Source: a virus. From it: DNA of 64,000 nt. Under the pieces are notes generated by a model that did no database searches, had not been told where the DNA came from, and saw only the letters and a list, made by a program, of their open reading frames with translations. The DNA lies in the IMG/VR virus record IMGVR_UViG_3300045988_115450, positions 1 through 64,000 of that record; one strand, written 5' to 3'. Positions 54,399-63,218 of this stretch are shown one piece after another. Positions within the stretch are counted from its first letter, which is position 1; the number at the start of each line of letters is the position of its first letter. The position numbers and the translations under genes were made by a program.

Positions 54399-55058
54399 TC
54401 ATTCCTCCTCAAAATTCAACACTCGATATTCATCGGGGATATCCTCGACACCCTCGTAGTACTCCGTAAAGCTCGACCCATCATGCAAGACATATCCGGC
54501 GGAAGTGAAGCACCCTTCTTCTTCAGACCGGACGTCTCGACCAAAACTTTCATAGTCGATATACCTGGCCAGCGTGCCGAGCTTGTCCGTGTCGTAACAA
54601 CCACTCTCCTCGATGTAGTAATAACCAAGGTCATAGTCGTTAGTTACATTAGAGAAGACCATGTAGTTATCCAAGTTATCTATGAGGTTAATAAGGTCTT
54701 TCACAGAGTCGCCGTGATTCCCTACCTCAATAGCCGCTTCGAACAATTTAAAGTCATAATCACTCATCTCGTCCAATCTTGCCGCTAGGTAATTCAGCTC
54801 GTCCAGATTTTCGTACTCGCCGAATCCCCGACAAAGCCCAGTTACATAACAGTCATAGTCCGTAATGAACCATTCCTCATATAGGCAACCAAAATCATCC
54901 TTCTGGCCGATCCCAATACGCTTGAACACATCCTTCATTTCTTTGGTCGTTGTGGGAAGGTGAACCCACTCACCAACCAACATACCCTCGTTGTACTTAC
55001 CAAGATTCGTGACGTAGACAGCAAAAGGATAATCTTTGTTGTATTCAAATTTAGCCAT
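54399..55058 (-). CDS. ardA: ArdA-like antirestriction protein
   Basis: VYVTNLGKYNEGMLVGEWVHLP...EEWFITDYD... and a strongly acidic C-terminal half. Confidence 0.7.
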   Translation of the reverse strand: MAKFEYNKDYPFAVYVTNLGKYNEGMLVGEWVHLPTTTKEMKDVFKRIGIGQKDDFGCLYEEWFITDYDCYVTGLCRGFGEYENLDELNYLAARLDEMSDYDFKLFEAAIEVGNHGDSVKDLINLIDNLDNYMVFSNVTNDYDLGYYYIEESGCYDTDKLGTLARYIDYESFGRDVRSEEEGCFTSAGYVLHDGSSFTEYYEGVEDIPDEYRVLNFEEE

Positions 55059-55070
55059 GGCGAGACCTCC

Positions 55071-55481
55071 TTACCGCACTTCAACCAACCGACCACCAAT
55101 GTAATCAAACCGGGCTAGGACTTCATATTCGTGCTTGTTGTCAAGCACGAAGTAGGACGTGACAACCATTCCAGCAGGAATGTTCCCACGATATGCAATG
55201 TAATCATGACCGCAGTCACAATCTTCCACATACCCTTCGCCATTTCCACCGGCAATCCAATCCTCTTTTACGATATAGATTGCGTTGGGGTCCAGAGCGT
55301 CATTGACGTACTGCTGGTGGGTAATCAGCTTAACCTTGTCGTCGTTAAATCTGGGCTGTTCCTGCTCAATTACCGTAGTAGCATCATCACCAGCACACTT
55401 CACCGTTACGACGATCCCCCACACTGCCATAGCTGCGATGACGATTGCCAGGATAGCGACACACTTTTTCTTGACGTTCAT
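55071..55481 (-). CDS. Membrane-anchored hypothetical protein
   Basis: N-terminal TM segment CVAILAIVIAAMAVWGIVV. Confidence 0.45.
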   Translation of the reverse strand: MNVKKKCVAILAIVIAAMAVWGIVVTVKCAGDDATTVIEQEQPRFNDDKVKLITHQQYVNDALDPNAIYIVKEDWIAGGNGEGYVEDCDCGHDYIAYRGNIPAGMVVTSYFVLDNKHEYEVLARFDYIGGRLVEVR

Positions 55482-55534
55482 TTTAAATTCCTCCTACCTG
55501 TTTCTTTCATTGTTACTTCCATAGGTATACCTCC

Positions 55535-55912
55535 TTACAAAACCCTGCATTCAATAACGGGGATGCCATTCTCTTCGAGCTTCTTATATGCTTCGGCTTG
55601 TTCTACCCATACCTTCTTGTCGTCTTCAAAACCATCGTGTTCCATAATGGCCTCCCTGTATTTATCCGAGTTCGTGCTACGGATGGCATACAGGAAACCA
55701 TCCTTAACGAAGAAGCATTTTGCTCCGAGTGTGTTATACACGCCAATCTTTTTCAGCGTGTGCCAGAACTCAAGACTCTGGCTAAGTTGAACATCCCCTA
55801 GCTTAGTGACTCCTCTCACAATTCCGCGAGTCTTACTGTCGTCGTCTTTAATCGTGATGGTAGACTTGCCGATTTTGACGTTTCGACCGACCAAATCCAT
55901 CATGCTTGCCAT
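55535..55912 (-). CDS. Hypothetical protein
   Basis: Start reassigned to MASMMDL, preceded by RBS AAGGAG. Confidence 0.45.
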   Translation of the reverse strand: MASMMDLVGRNVKIGKSTITIKDDDSKTRGIVRGVTKLGDVQLSQSLEFWHTLKKIGVYNTLGAKCFFVKDGFLYAIRSTNSDKYREAIMEHDGFEDDKKVWVEQAEAYKKLEENGIPVIECRVL

Positions 55913-55933
55913 GGCTATTCTCCTTTCTACCCA

Positions 55934-55965
55934 TAAGAAAAGACCGTGCTGATTAGCACGGTCTT
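55934..55965 (-). terminator. Intrinsic terminator (minus strand)
   Basis: AAGACCGTGC-loop-GCACGGTCTT followed by TTTCTT on the minus strand. Confidence 0.7.
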
Positions 55966-55998
55966 GCAATGGATTTATTAACTTAAGAGTCATGGGTG

Positions 55999-56415
55999 TC
56001 AAACCCGCGCCTCTGTTCCATACAAGTGCTTTACCTTCCTGCACCCGTCTGGGACCATATCGCTTACAACGATGTTCCACCTGATACTATAGGTCTTTGT
56101 TCTGCAATATGCCTGTGTGTCTTCCGCCCATGCTTCCAAAACTGATGTGCTACTTTCTTCCGCAGCACATCTATAGCTATTCAGCATATGCGAGTGACAC
56201 CCATCAAGGCCGTCATATACTTCCACGATTCCGCACTCCACTTCGTCGCCTATCTTAGTGTAAGCAAGGACATAGACGTATGGGATTTCCTTTTCTATTA
56301 TATCCCAACTCTCGCCCTGTAGCTCAGCGACTTCCATAGCGTACTCACGAGAGACATAACCTTTATCGTAGGTTGTGCCTTTGTTGGTCTTCGTGCGGAT
56401 CGTGTATAGTTTCAT
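55999..56415 (-). CDS. Hypothetical protein
   Basis: 138-aa ORF. Confidence 0.45.
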   Translation of the reverse strand: MKLYTIRTKTNKGTTYDKGYVSREYAMEVAELQGESWDIIEKEIPYVYVLAYTKIGDEVECGIVEVYDGLDGCHSHMLNSYRCAAEESSTSVLEAWAEDTQAYCRTKTYSIRWNIVVSDMVPDGCRKVKHLYGTEARV

Positions 56416-56478
56416 GTCTGGCCTCCTGTCGTGTAAGTGCTACCATATTATAACACCTACACCACCAGAGGTCAAACG

Positions 56479-56931
56479 TTAGAAGCACTCTCTATCCCGC
56501 TCTCTTTGCTCTTTGTATTCCATGAGATACTGGGCAGCCTCTCGACACACATCACCGCCTAATTCCTGGAGGAGCTTTGATACCTCCGTAATCCGCGCGT
56601 CCTTTCTCTCTTCTTCTGCGAGGCACTTGTTATACACCTCATCATCACTCATCATGCCCATAGCATGATAGAGGTCACTTCTGGATTTTATACCGGACAG
56701 CCATTCCTGACCATCCTTGGACTGCAATGCTTCCGCCATCTGAACGAGAGCCTGGTTGCGACATTCACTCGTAAAAGAGCAAGCAACCCATCTCAGTAGG
56801 CAGTCCTCGCAATCAGTATGGCAACAGTACCTAGTTACCCTCTCAATAGCTTTATACCAGCTCTCGCAGGTACAGCCACAGCAACCATCCACGCGATAGC
56901 TCTCGCAATTTTTGCATACGTTCACTTCCAT
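56479..56931 (-). CDS. Cys-rich hypothetical protein
   Basis: Start reassigned to MEVNVCKNCES, preceded by RBS GGAGG. Confidence 0.45.
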   Translation of the reverse strand: MEVNVCKNCESYRVDGCCGCTCESWYKAIERVTRYCCHTDCEDCLLRWVACSFTSECRNQALVQMAEALQSKDGQEWLSGIKSRSDLYHAMGMMSDDEVYNKCLAEEERKDARITEVSKLLQELGGDVCREAAQYLMEYKEQRERDRECF

Positions 56932-56951
56932 ATTTGTTCCTCCATTTCTAA

Positions 56952-56978
56952 TCAAAACCACTAGTAAACTAGTGGTTT
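56952..56978 (-). terminator. Intrinsic terminator (minus strand)
   Basis: AAACCACTAG-TTTA-CTAGTGGTTT followed by TGATT. Confidence 0.55.
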
Positions 56979-56984
56979 GCACAG

Positions 56985-57700
56985 ACCCTAGAAGGGTCAT
57001 TACAGGCAGAGCCCCTAAAGGGGCATTGAAAAGTTTGACACCGCATTACCATTACAGGCCGCCGCTAAAGCGGCCTGTTTTTATGCCTTCCTATTCTTGC
57101 TACCCGTAAACGGGTCAATGTATTCTTTCATCGTAATCTGATCCATCATTTCATCTTCAATCAACTGATTGCGGATATACTCTTCGATCACCCGCTTGTT
57201 CTTCCCTACCGTATCTACATAATAACCACGGCACCAGAAATGTCGGCTGCCATACTTGTATTTCAGATTTGCGTGGCGATCAAAAATCATCAGTGTGCTT
57301 TTTCCCTTGAGAAACCCCATAAACTGTGATACACTCAAATGCGGAGGCATACTCACCAACATATGCACATGGTCAATGCACGTTTCTGCTTCAATAATCT
57401 CCACTTTCTTTTCGTCGCACAACTTCCTCAAAATCTTCCCAATATCCGCCCGCAATTCTCCATAGATTGCCTTACGACGAAATTTCGGTGCAAATACCAG
57501 ATGATACTGACATCTCCATGTCGTGTGTGCTCCATGGTGCAAGTCATTCTTTCCCATATCTATAACCTCCTTTTTGTTTCTTGGTAATGCGGTCGCCAAA
57601 CCTTTACCATCTTACACTAGGAGGTTATTCTTTTCTACTTTTACTGAAGTTTTTCCCACCCCCAGTAGAACTGGGGGTTTTTTCATGCTAAAGCGCCAAC
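56985..57700 (-). mobile_element. IS200/IS605-family insertion sequence (tnpA only); ends approximate
   Basis: Y1 transposase gene flanked by subterminal hairpins. CATTACAGGC-hairpin occurs twice at 56998-57078, and CCCCCAG...CTGGGGG lies at 57649-57671. Confidence 0.6.
57081..57557 (-). CDS. tnpA: IS200-type Y1 (HUH) transposase TnpA
   Basis: YHLVFAPKFRR, HUH in IDHVHMLVS, and a C-terminal RGYYVDTVG (catalytic Tyr region). Confidence 0.85.
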   Translation of the reverse strand: MGKNDLHHGAHTTWRCQYHLVFAPKFRRKAIYGELRADIGKILRKLCDEKKVEIIEAETCIDHVHMLVSMPPHLSVSQFMGFLKGKSTLMIFDRHANLKYKYGSRHFWCRGYYVDTVGKNKRVIEEYIRNQLIEDEMMDQITMKEYIDPFTGSKNRKA

Positions 57701-57703
57701 GAC

Positions 57704-57736
57704 AATAAAAACGCCCGCTAAGTAATAGCGGGCGTT
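57704..57736 (-). terminator. Intrinsic terminator (minus strand)
   Basis: AACGCCCGCTA-loop-TAGCGGGCGTT followed by TTTTATT on the minus strand. Confidence 0.7.
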
Positions 57737-57806
57737 GAAGACTTATTAAACCACCGTCATGGTAAAAAGAAAGCCGTACTTAGTACGGTGGTAAGACAGG
57801 TATGTA

Positions 57807-58118
57807 TTAGTTGAACCATTCCAGTTCGTGCGGTTCCAGGGTTACGTCAAAGCAGACACAATCCCAAAACCAATTTGCGCTATCTCCATTTTCAGCGCGG
57901 TCAATGACAAGTGCGAACTCGTTTTCCCAACTGACGTCCTTCACCAAGGTCAATCGCTCGATGTCAAAACACGGCGGAAGCTCATAATAGATATTCTCTT
58001 CTCCATAGGTAACATTCACCTCCACCTCATCTACCGAAATTTTGACCGGGACAACACCGACCCGCGCAAAACCATGAGCGCTATTTACTACTTCTGTTTT
58101 TATGTACAATTTTATCAC
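57807..58118 (-). CDS. Hypothetical protein
   Basis: 103-aa ORF. Confidence 0.45.
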   Translation of the reverse strand: MIKLYIKTEVVNSAHGFARVGVVPVKISVDEVEVNVTYGEENIYYELPPCFDIERLTLVKDVSWENEFALVIDRAENGDSANWFWDCVCFDVTLEPHELEWFN

Positions 58119-58264
58119 CCTATCCCTTTCTCTTATTGTATAATATACCGTTAGAGGAAAAAATTCCAGAGGTAAAATATTCCTCTGTTGATAGAGTGGA
58201 TTGCCTAGCGCTCACCGTGCCCCTCTATTTTTATAGAGGGGTGCCGTCAACGTTAGGTATACCA

Positions 58265-58687
58265 TCAAATTCCCAGGGCATGAACCTTCGCCTTGATGCT
58301 CTTGATAGAGCTGGCGTGGCAAGTAAAGACCACTTTCACTACCCCTTTACCACGCATGGCGGTATAAGGAATCATGATTGTCCGGAGGTAGCGCATGAAC
58401 TCCATAGCAGGCTCGCCTTTCAAAACCACGTAGCACTTCTTCATATCGGGGACTCGCTGGGTCGCTGCTTCCAGCTTATTGATGTGGTTGATACCTTCCA
58501 TAGCGTCCAGAGCGCCATTCCGCGCCATGAGTTCTACGTGGGCGCGAACCAAGTTTCTGAACCGCTCCGGGTAACTATACCAGGAGAGGCCGGTCATCTT
58601 ACATTCTACCACTGCGGCGATGGCTTTCTTGCCTTCTTCTTTCCAGATAAGGTTAAAGGTCTTTTCTCTTTTTTCTCCGTATTTCAT
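58265..58687 (-). CDS. Hypothetical protein
   Basis: Start reassigned to MKYGEKRE, preceded by RBS AGGAGG. Confidence 0.5.
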   Translation of the reverse strand: MKYGEKREKTFNLIWKEEGKKAIAAVVECKMTGLSWYSYPERFRNLVRAHVELMARNGALDAMEGINHINKLEAATQRVPDMKKCYVVLKGEPAMEFMRYLRTIMIPYTAMRGKGVVKVVFTCHASSIKSIKAKVHALGI

Positions 58688-58738
58688 AGTTACCCTCCTA
58701 AAGTAAAACCATCCTAGCAAAACTAGGATGGTTGGTAA

Positions 58739-59725
58739 TTACAGATTAAACGCTTCTTTGTAAACCTTATACATCTTTATAGCGTTGTAATACCCTTTTT
58801 TCTGACGGAATACATCTTCCACCAGCGACTGATTCGTGTGATCAAAAACATCTACACCAGACTGTTCAATTCTGTACAGCTCGTGATACCGCCCAGACCG
58901 CCAAACATTTTGATACGTATGGCGGCGTGGGTAGCCTAGCGCTTGGTATTTTTTAGCCATTCTGCTGCATTGGTTGTTGACTGCTGCTAGAGAATATTCT
59001 TTCCCAAACTCCTCTATTCCAACCAAAACCATTCGCTTTAAGAACGAGCCTACAGATGTGTCTTTTACCGCTTGGACCGTTCCAGAACCTTTCGTTCTAA
59101 CAGAGTACTTACACGCACAATATCTTTTCAAAGTATCACAGACAGTATCAGAAAACCCGCTTGTGAGGATAGAACCATCTTGACCGTAGATAATCCTATC
59201 GTCTAAATCCACATCGTTATCTCTTAGGGCGATAATTTCTACATTATTCAATCCAATCCAGTTCAAGCAAAAAACAGGATACTCTATATACCCTGCATCA
59301 ATAGGAAGCACTTTTTTAATAGACTCCACTAAGTCAATATCGTCTTTGAATAGAGACTGCTCTAGCGGTTCTATTAACCGGATGTCTTCTGGAGACACTT
59401 CGAAGATCCCGTCTGACACATTTACAAAAACCTTGTTTTTCTTGCACCATTTTGAATACTGTCTTAACATGCTAATAGCACTTTTTACGGTCGCAGATTC
59501 TGCTATTCCCATAGCATGAACAGCTGCGACGCAATGGCCTTGATCCATCTGCGCAATATCTAACCTGCATTCTTCTTCATAACTAGCTATTTTGTTAAAA
59601 ACCCACGTGATAGAAGATTTCTTAGTATACCCCATCTCCTTGCAAAATCCCATTTTAACATCCTCGTTATACAAGATACCACCACCTTTTAGGCAATGAT
59701 ACCATGTATAATCAAAATCCGTCAA
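58739..59725 (-). CDS. Hypothetical 328-aa protein (start uncertain: TTG at 59725 or ATG at 59653)
   Basis: Long co-oriented ORF. No catalytic motif recognised. Confidence 0.5.
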   Translation of the reverse strand: MTDFDYTWYHCLKGGGILYNEDVKMGFCKEMGYTKKSSITWVFNKIASYEEECRLDIAQMDQGHCVAAVHAMGIAESATVKSAISMLRQYSKWCKKNKVFVNVSDGIFEVSPEDIRLIEPLEQSLFKDDIDLVESIKKVLPIDAGYIEYPVFCLNWIGLNNVEIIALRDNDVDLDDRIIYGQDGSILTSGFSDTVCDTLKRYCACKYSVRTKGSGTVQAVKDTSVGSFLKRMVLVGIEEFGKEYSLAAVNNQCSRMAKKYQALGYPRRHTYQNVWRSGRYHELYRIEQSGVDVFDHTNQSLVEDVFRQKKGYYNAIKMYKVYKEAFNL

Positions 59726-59752
59726 GCGGAAGTTATTACAACAATAGCGCCG

Positions 59753-59781
59753 TTGCGCACCACCTCCATTTGTGATATGAT
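59753..59781 (+). promoter_or_regulatory. Candidate + strand promoter TTGCGC-17-TATGAT with TGn extension
   Basis: Reads TTGCGCACCACCTCCATTTGTGATATGAT. Confidence 0.4.
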
Positions 59782-59956
59782 TAGTGTACCCTTCCAGGGA
59801 GGGTCGAAGCCCTCCCCTTTAGGGCGGTCAGGCCGCTCCTGCTTCCATGGCTTCGTCGATGGTAGCATATTCTACCCCATCGGAACCCATGTAGCCGTAA
59901 TCGGTATAGTCACCGGTTACATATGTATGGTTGCTCATACAGCGTCCTACCTTTCC

Positions 59957-59994
59957 GCTACCCTAGCAAGCTGCTGCTAGGGTAGCTTTTTTTT
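59957..59994 (+). terminator. Strong + strand intrinsic terminator
   Basis: 12-bp stem GCTACCCTAGCA/TGCTAGGGTAGC followed by T8. Confidence 0.65.
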
Positions 59995-60107
59995 GCAGGC
60001 ATAGACAGAATCCACCTATGTTATCCCTGCGACCTCGCAGGCCAGGGCGATCCCAGCCTACGAACGCTCCCGGCCTAACGCCTGTTTATAGTCGCCGGGA
60101 CGACTCT

Positions 60108-60428
60108 TTAAACCGGAATGAACGGCTCGATTCCAAACTTCACGAGATGGCTACATCTATCCCCCTTGCCCATAACGTCAAAACTTTTCGCCTCGTCTAA
60201 CACCTGGATAAGCATTCCTGCACGGGTGGCGAAATCAGGGCTATCCCACCCCGCCATAGTCTCAATACTACCTAACAGATCTACGAGATGATTCCACTCG
60301 TTCCACATCATAGTATCAATGAGGTCATAGGTGTGCATGGCCTTATACATGTCACGAATACCTTCTTTCTGCCCGTAGTTAATGTAGGTCAGCAGCATGT
60401 CAGACATAGTGACCTTGTTCATTTCCAT
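60108..60428 (-). CDS. Hypothetical protein
   Basis: Start reassigned to MEMNKV. Confidence 0.45.
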   Translation of the reverse strand: MEMNKVTMSDMLLTYINYGQKEGIRDMYKAMHTYDLIDTMMWNEWNHLVDLLGSIETMAGWDSPDFATRAGMLIQVLDEAKSFDVMGKGDRCSHLVKFGIEPFIPV

Positions 60429-60553
60429 AGTAATTCCCCTTTCTGGGTGCTGTTTAGCACTCACCGCGTTTTTCTACAGGGTAGAAAAATCCCGTCAATG
60501 CTAATCCTGCTCCGGTTATAACCCCGCCAATGGCGGGGTTATAACCTTTGCTA

Positions 60554-61324
60554 TTACTTCTCCTTTTTGGCGCGGATTTCATAGTTTGCACCGTTCTTTC
60601 TGGTGCGATAGCACCGGAAAACGAGATTGATTAACCCCTTGTCATTCTTCTGGGCATAGTGTCCGTTTTCCCCCGCCTTGTCCACAGCAGGCAGGGAGGC
60701 AGTACGGAAGAACACAACGTCCTTCCAAACCATCTTGACGCCGCCATCAGGATCTACCCAACGCTGAACCAGTTCGGTGAACTGATCCTGAAGCGCGTCA
60801 CGACCCGTCTTAGTCCATCCCAGTTCGTCCCTTTTTAGGGAATCCTCCGGGGACAGAGTGAACGCTTTATCCCCATTATCCCGCGCCCATTTGAGCGCGG
60901 TATTGTACAGGAACACACGACAGGCCGCCTTTAACCCGTCCGCGCTCTGCCCTTGGCACTGGGACACCATATCCCAGAAGTAGATACGGGTATCAGTGCC
61001 CGTCTTAACCTCATAGGTGCCGTTAGTATCCGTCACAGAGACGGACGGCGCACATTCGTTTTCTGCAAAGTGTGCAAGGGCTTCCGGGTATGTCATCTGG
61101 GTATATCCCCAGATAGCACGATACCGACTACAGTCATTGTAACGCTGGACAGCGGCTGCCACGTTTGCTTCTGCCTGGATAATTTCGCCAGGCATGACTT
61201 CCACGCCCTTGTTCAGGGCATTGCGTGCCGCAACGGCGTCACGGACGGACTGAAGCAGTTCAGTTTCAGTAACACCCTTGTTTTCCCGCAGCACCTTTTC
61301 CATCTTGCTTTCATTCTTTGCCAT
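60554..61324 (-). CDS. Hypothetical 256-aa protein
   Basis: Start reassigned to MAKNESK, preceded by RBS AGGAGG. Confidence 0.5.
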   Translation of the reverse strand: MAKNESKMEKVLRENKGVTETELLQSVRDAVAARNALNKGVEVMPGEIIQAEANVAAAVQRYNDCSRYRAIWGYTQMTYPEALAHFAENECAPSVSVTDTNGTYEVKTGTDTRIYFWDMVSQCQGQSADGLKAACRVFLYNTALKWARDNGDKAFTLSPEDSLKRDELGWTKTGRDALQDQFTELVQRWVDPDGGVKMVWKDVVFFRTASLPAVDKAGENGHYAQKNDKGLINLVFRCYRTRKNGANYEIRAKKEK

Positions 61325-61414
61325 GATATTTTCCTCCTGTGTAGTTATGTAAATGTGTTTCAAAAACAAATCAGAGCGGCGGGTAAGGTATCGGCTCTTC
61401 ATCAAGCTGGCTTC

Positions 61415-61678
61415 TCACATATCGGCGGCACAGGAGCACACATTTTCATCATGGACATACAGCCAGAGTTCGTAGCCATTCAACTCCCAGCCTTCTACCA
61501 CATACGTATACGGGTCAATACTGATATATGGCGCGATATACTCCGGACTACCACTTTCAACGTCTTTCAACTTCCCGGCCATGTAAATTTCGCCTGTTAA
61601 CGATTCCATAACAAGAATGTTCATTTCGCCGTCACGACGATTAGCTGCACAAAATTGTCCCACGTTCATCTCTTTCAT
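61415..61678 (-). CDS. Hypothetical protein
   Basis: Start reassigned to MKEMNVGQ. Confidence 0.45.
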   Translation of the reverse strand: MKEMNVGQFCAANRRDGEMNILVMESLTGEIYMAGKLKDVESGSPEYIAPYISIDPYTYVVEGWELNGYELWLYVHDENVCSCAADM

Positions 61679-61733
61679 GTTTCCACGTCCTTTTCTTGAT
61701 ATTGGCGTTCCCGCCGGTCTGATTTGTTTTTGA

Positions 61734-62520
61734 TTTTTTAGCTTTATCGCTACCATAGAAAAATAAACGTATCCCGTTGCCTGGAATGTCGTTTACAATG
61801 CAAACGCACCATAACAACGGGATACGTGAAATTTCCATTGATACATTTTTCCGTTTCAACCTTCAAGTCAACCTAGCAATGGTTTTTCACGTGGCGAGCC
61901 ACGCAACCTTGAAGAATTTTTGGGGACATCTTTCCGCTCCGGATAACAACAGAATCGCTACTTCTGTTATATCCATCATAACATAGCGTGACACGGCACT
62001 TCCTGGAACGCCCCATCCACCGGTTCCCGGCGCTATCACACAAAAATAGCGCTCCCTTCGGACGTTTGACAAGTCACGATTGAAAGATAGTTACTACCCT
62101 ATCCTTTGCTATCAAATCGAGCTTGCCAGGCCAGTCAACTATCACAGAATGTAAAAAACTGTGTAGTACCACGTGTTCCCACGTGGGGTTTGCACCCTAG
62201 ACACGACTACCCCTATTCGCTATCATACATACGCTTTTTTGACTTTTGGGCGACACTCACTCTAGCGATAGAGCGTCGTCATAGCTTTTGTACAAATCAC
62301 CTATCGGCATTTTGTACCAGCAGTCAATCAACGCAGTGTGTAGACTGTCATTGTAACGCTGTTTTCTCGGTAACACCTGGCTTGTGTCCCAGGGAGGTTT
62401 CCGATTGTCCAGCTACTTCCATGGAGTTTCGGTTTTTTAGCTTTATCGCTACTACCCAAAACTTTCCGCCCTTTCGAGCTGTCCCTATCCTATCACATCG
62501 ACCCGCCCTTGTCAAGGGGT
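61734..62520. repeat. Gene-free, hairpin- and repeat-dense region
   Basis: Exact 20-nt repeat TTTTTTAGCTTTATCGCTAC at 61734 and 62433. Three units, read on the minus strand, of TTGACA-like ... TGATAG ... ATAGGG (about 62097-62139, 62210-62250 and 62484-62519). Multiple 7-12-bp hairpins. Confidence 0.55.
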
Positions 62521-62680
62521 TTTTGCGATTTTCTAGGGATTTTTTTTGCCTGGCTTTCGCTACTGGAGCAAGGCCGCCGGGCTGGCCTGGTTTACGTCAT
62601 ACAATCAGGTTAGGACATAACCGGCGACTGTCACTTTTCGCCGTCCGTCCGGTTTGTGCCCGTCCCTTGACTGTGCCTTG

Positions 62681-62710
62681 AGTATACCATACATGGACAT
62701 GGTTTGTCAA
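62681..62710 (-). promoter_or_regulatory. Leftward promoter TTGACA-18-TATACT (TGn extended)
   Basis: Minus strand reads TTGACAAACCATGTCCATGTATGGTATACT. Confidence 0.65.
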
Positions 62711-63139
62711 CCCCTTTTTTGCATTTTTTTATTTTTTGGGTAGAAGGTGTTATTGAGACTCATTCCTATTATTGATTCGGGCCAGGCAAGCTAATGACCA
62801 TTAGCTGTTTTAGACTGCGTTCTAGACTGTAGTCTATTATAATACCTAACACTGTTAATTACTAACGTCCCATTTCCCGCCTATGAGGTGTACAGGGGGG
62901 CAATTTCCATATTTTCAGATTGATTTTTATATATAATATGGAATTAGTTACTCCACCATTTCACAACTTTTTCTCGCCAAAACTCACCGCCTCCATCCAT
63001 AACACATTGATTATCAGAACTTTTTATTTCACTTTATTTGGTTAAAGTTTCCTCTTCGTTTCTCCAGTCTCTGATTTTGGGACGTAATCAGTAGCTCATA
63101 AATTTTGGAAAATTTCTTGGAATCTGCCGTCCAAAAATC

Positions 63140-63168
63140 TTGACATTTGAAAACATTTTCGCTATAAT
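63140..63168 (+). promoter_or_regulatory. Rightward consensus promoter TTGACA-17-TATAAT
   Basis: Reads TTGACATTTGAAAACATTTTCGCTATAAT. Shares the TTTGAAAA spacer start with the two leftward promoters. Confidence 0.75.
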
Positions 63169-63218
63169 AGTAACATAATCAATAGAAAACATTTCAAATT
63201 TAAAAGGAGGTTTTGCCA

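Noticed and set aside
62052-62062. CTTCGGACG, a match to the conserved CGTCCGAA block of RNA copies A and B, considered as a possible third RNA copy.
   Set aside because: Only a 9-mer is shared, which is expected by chance about once in a window of this size. None of the other conserved blocks or the closing-helix architecture is present.
62106-62681. 191-aa + strand ORF in the gene-free control region.
   Set aside because: Its composition is rich in R, S, C, P and F. It has no RBS, and it runs through hairpins and repeats, opposite to the strong leftward promoter.
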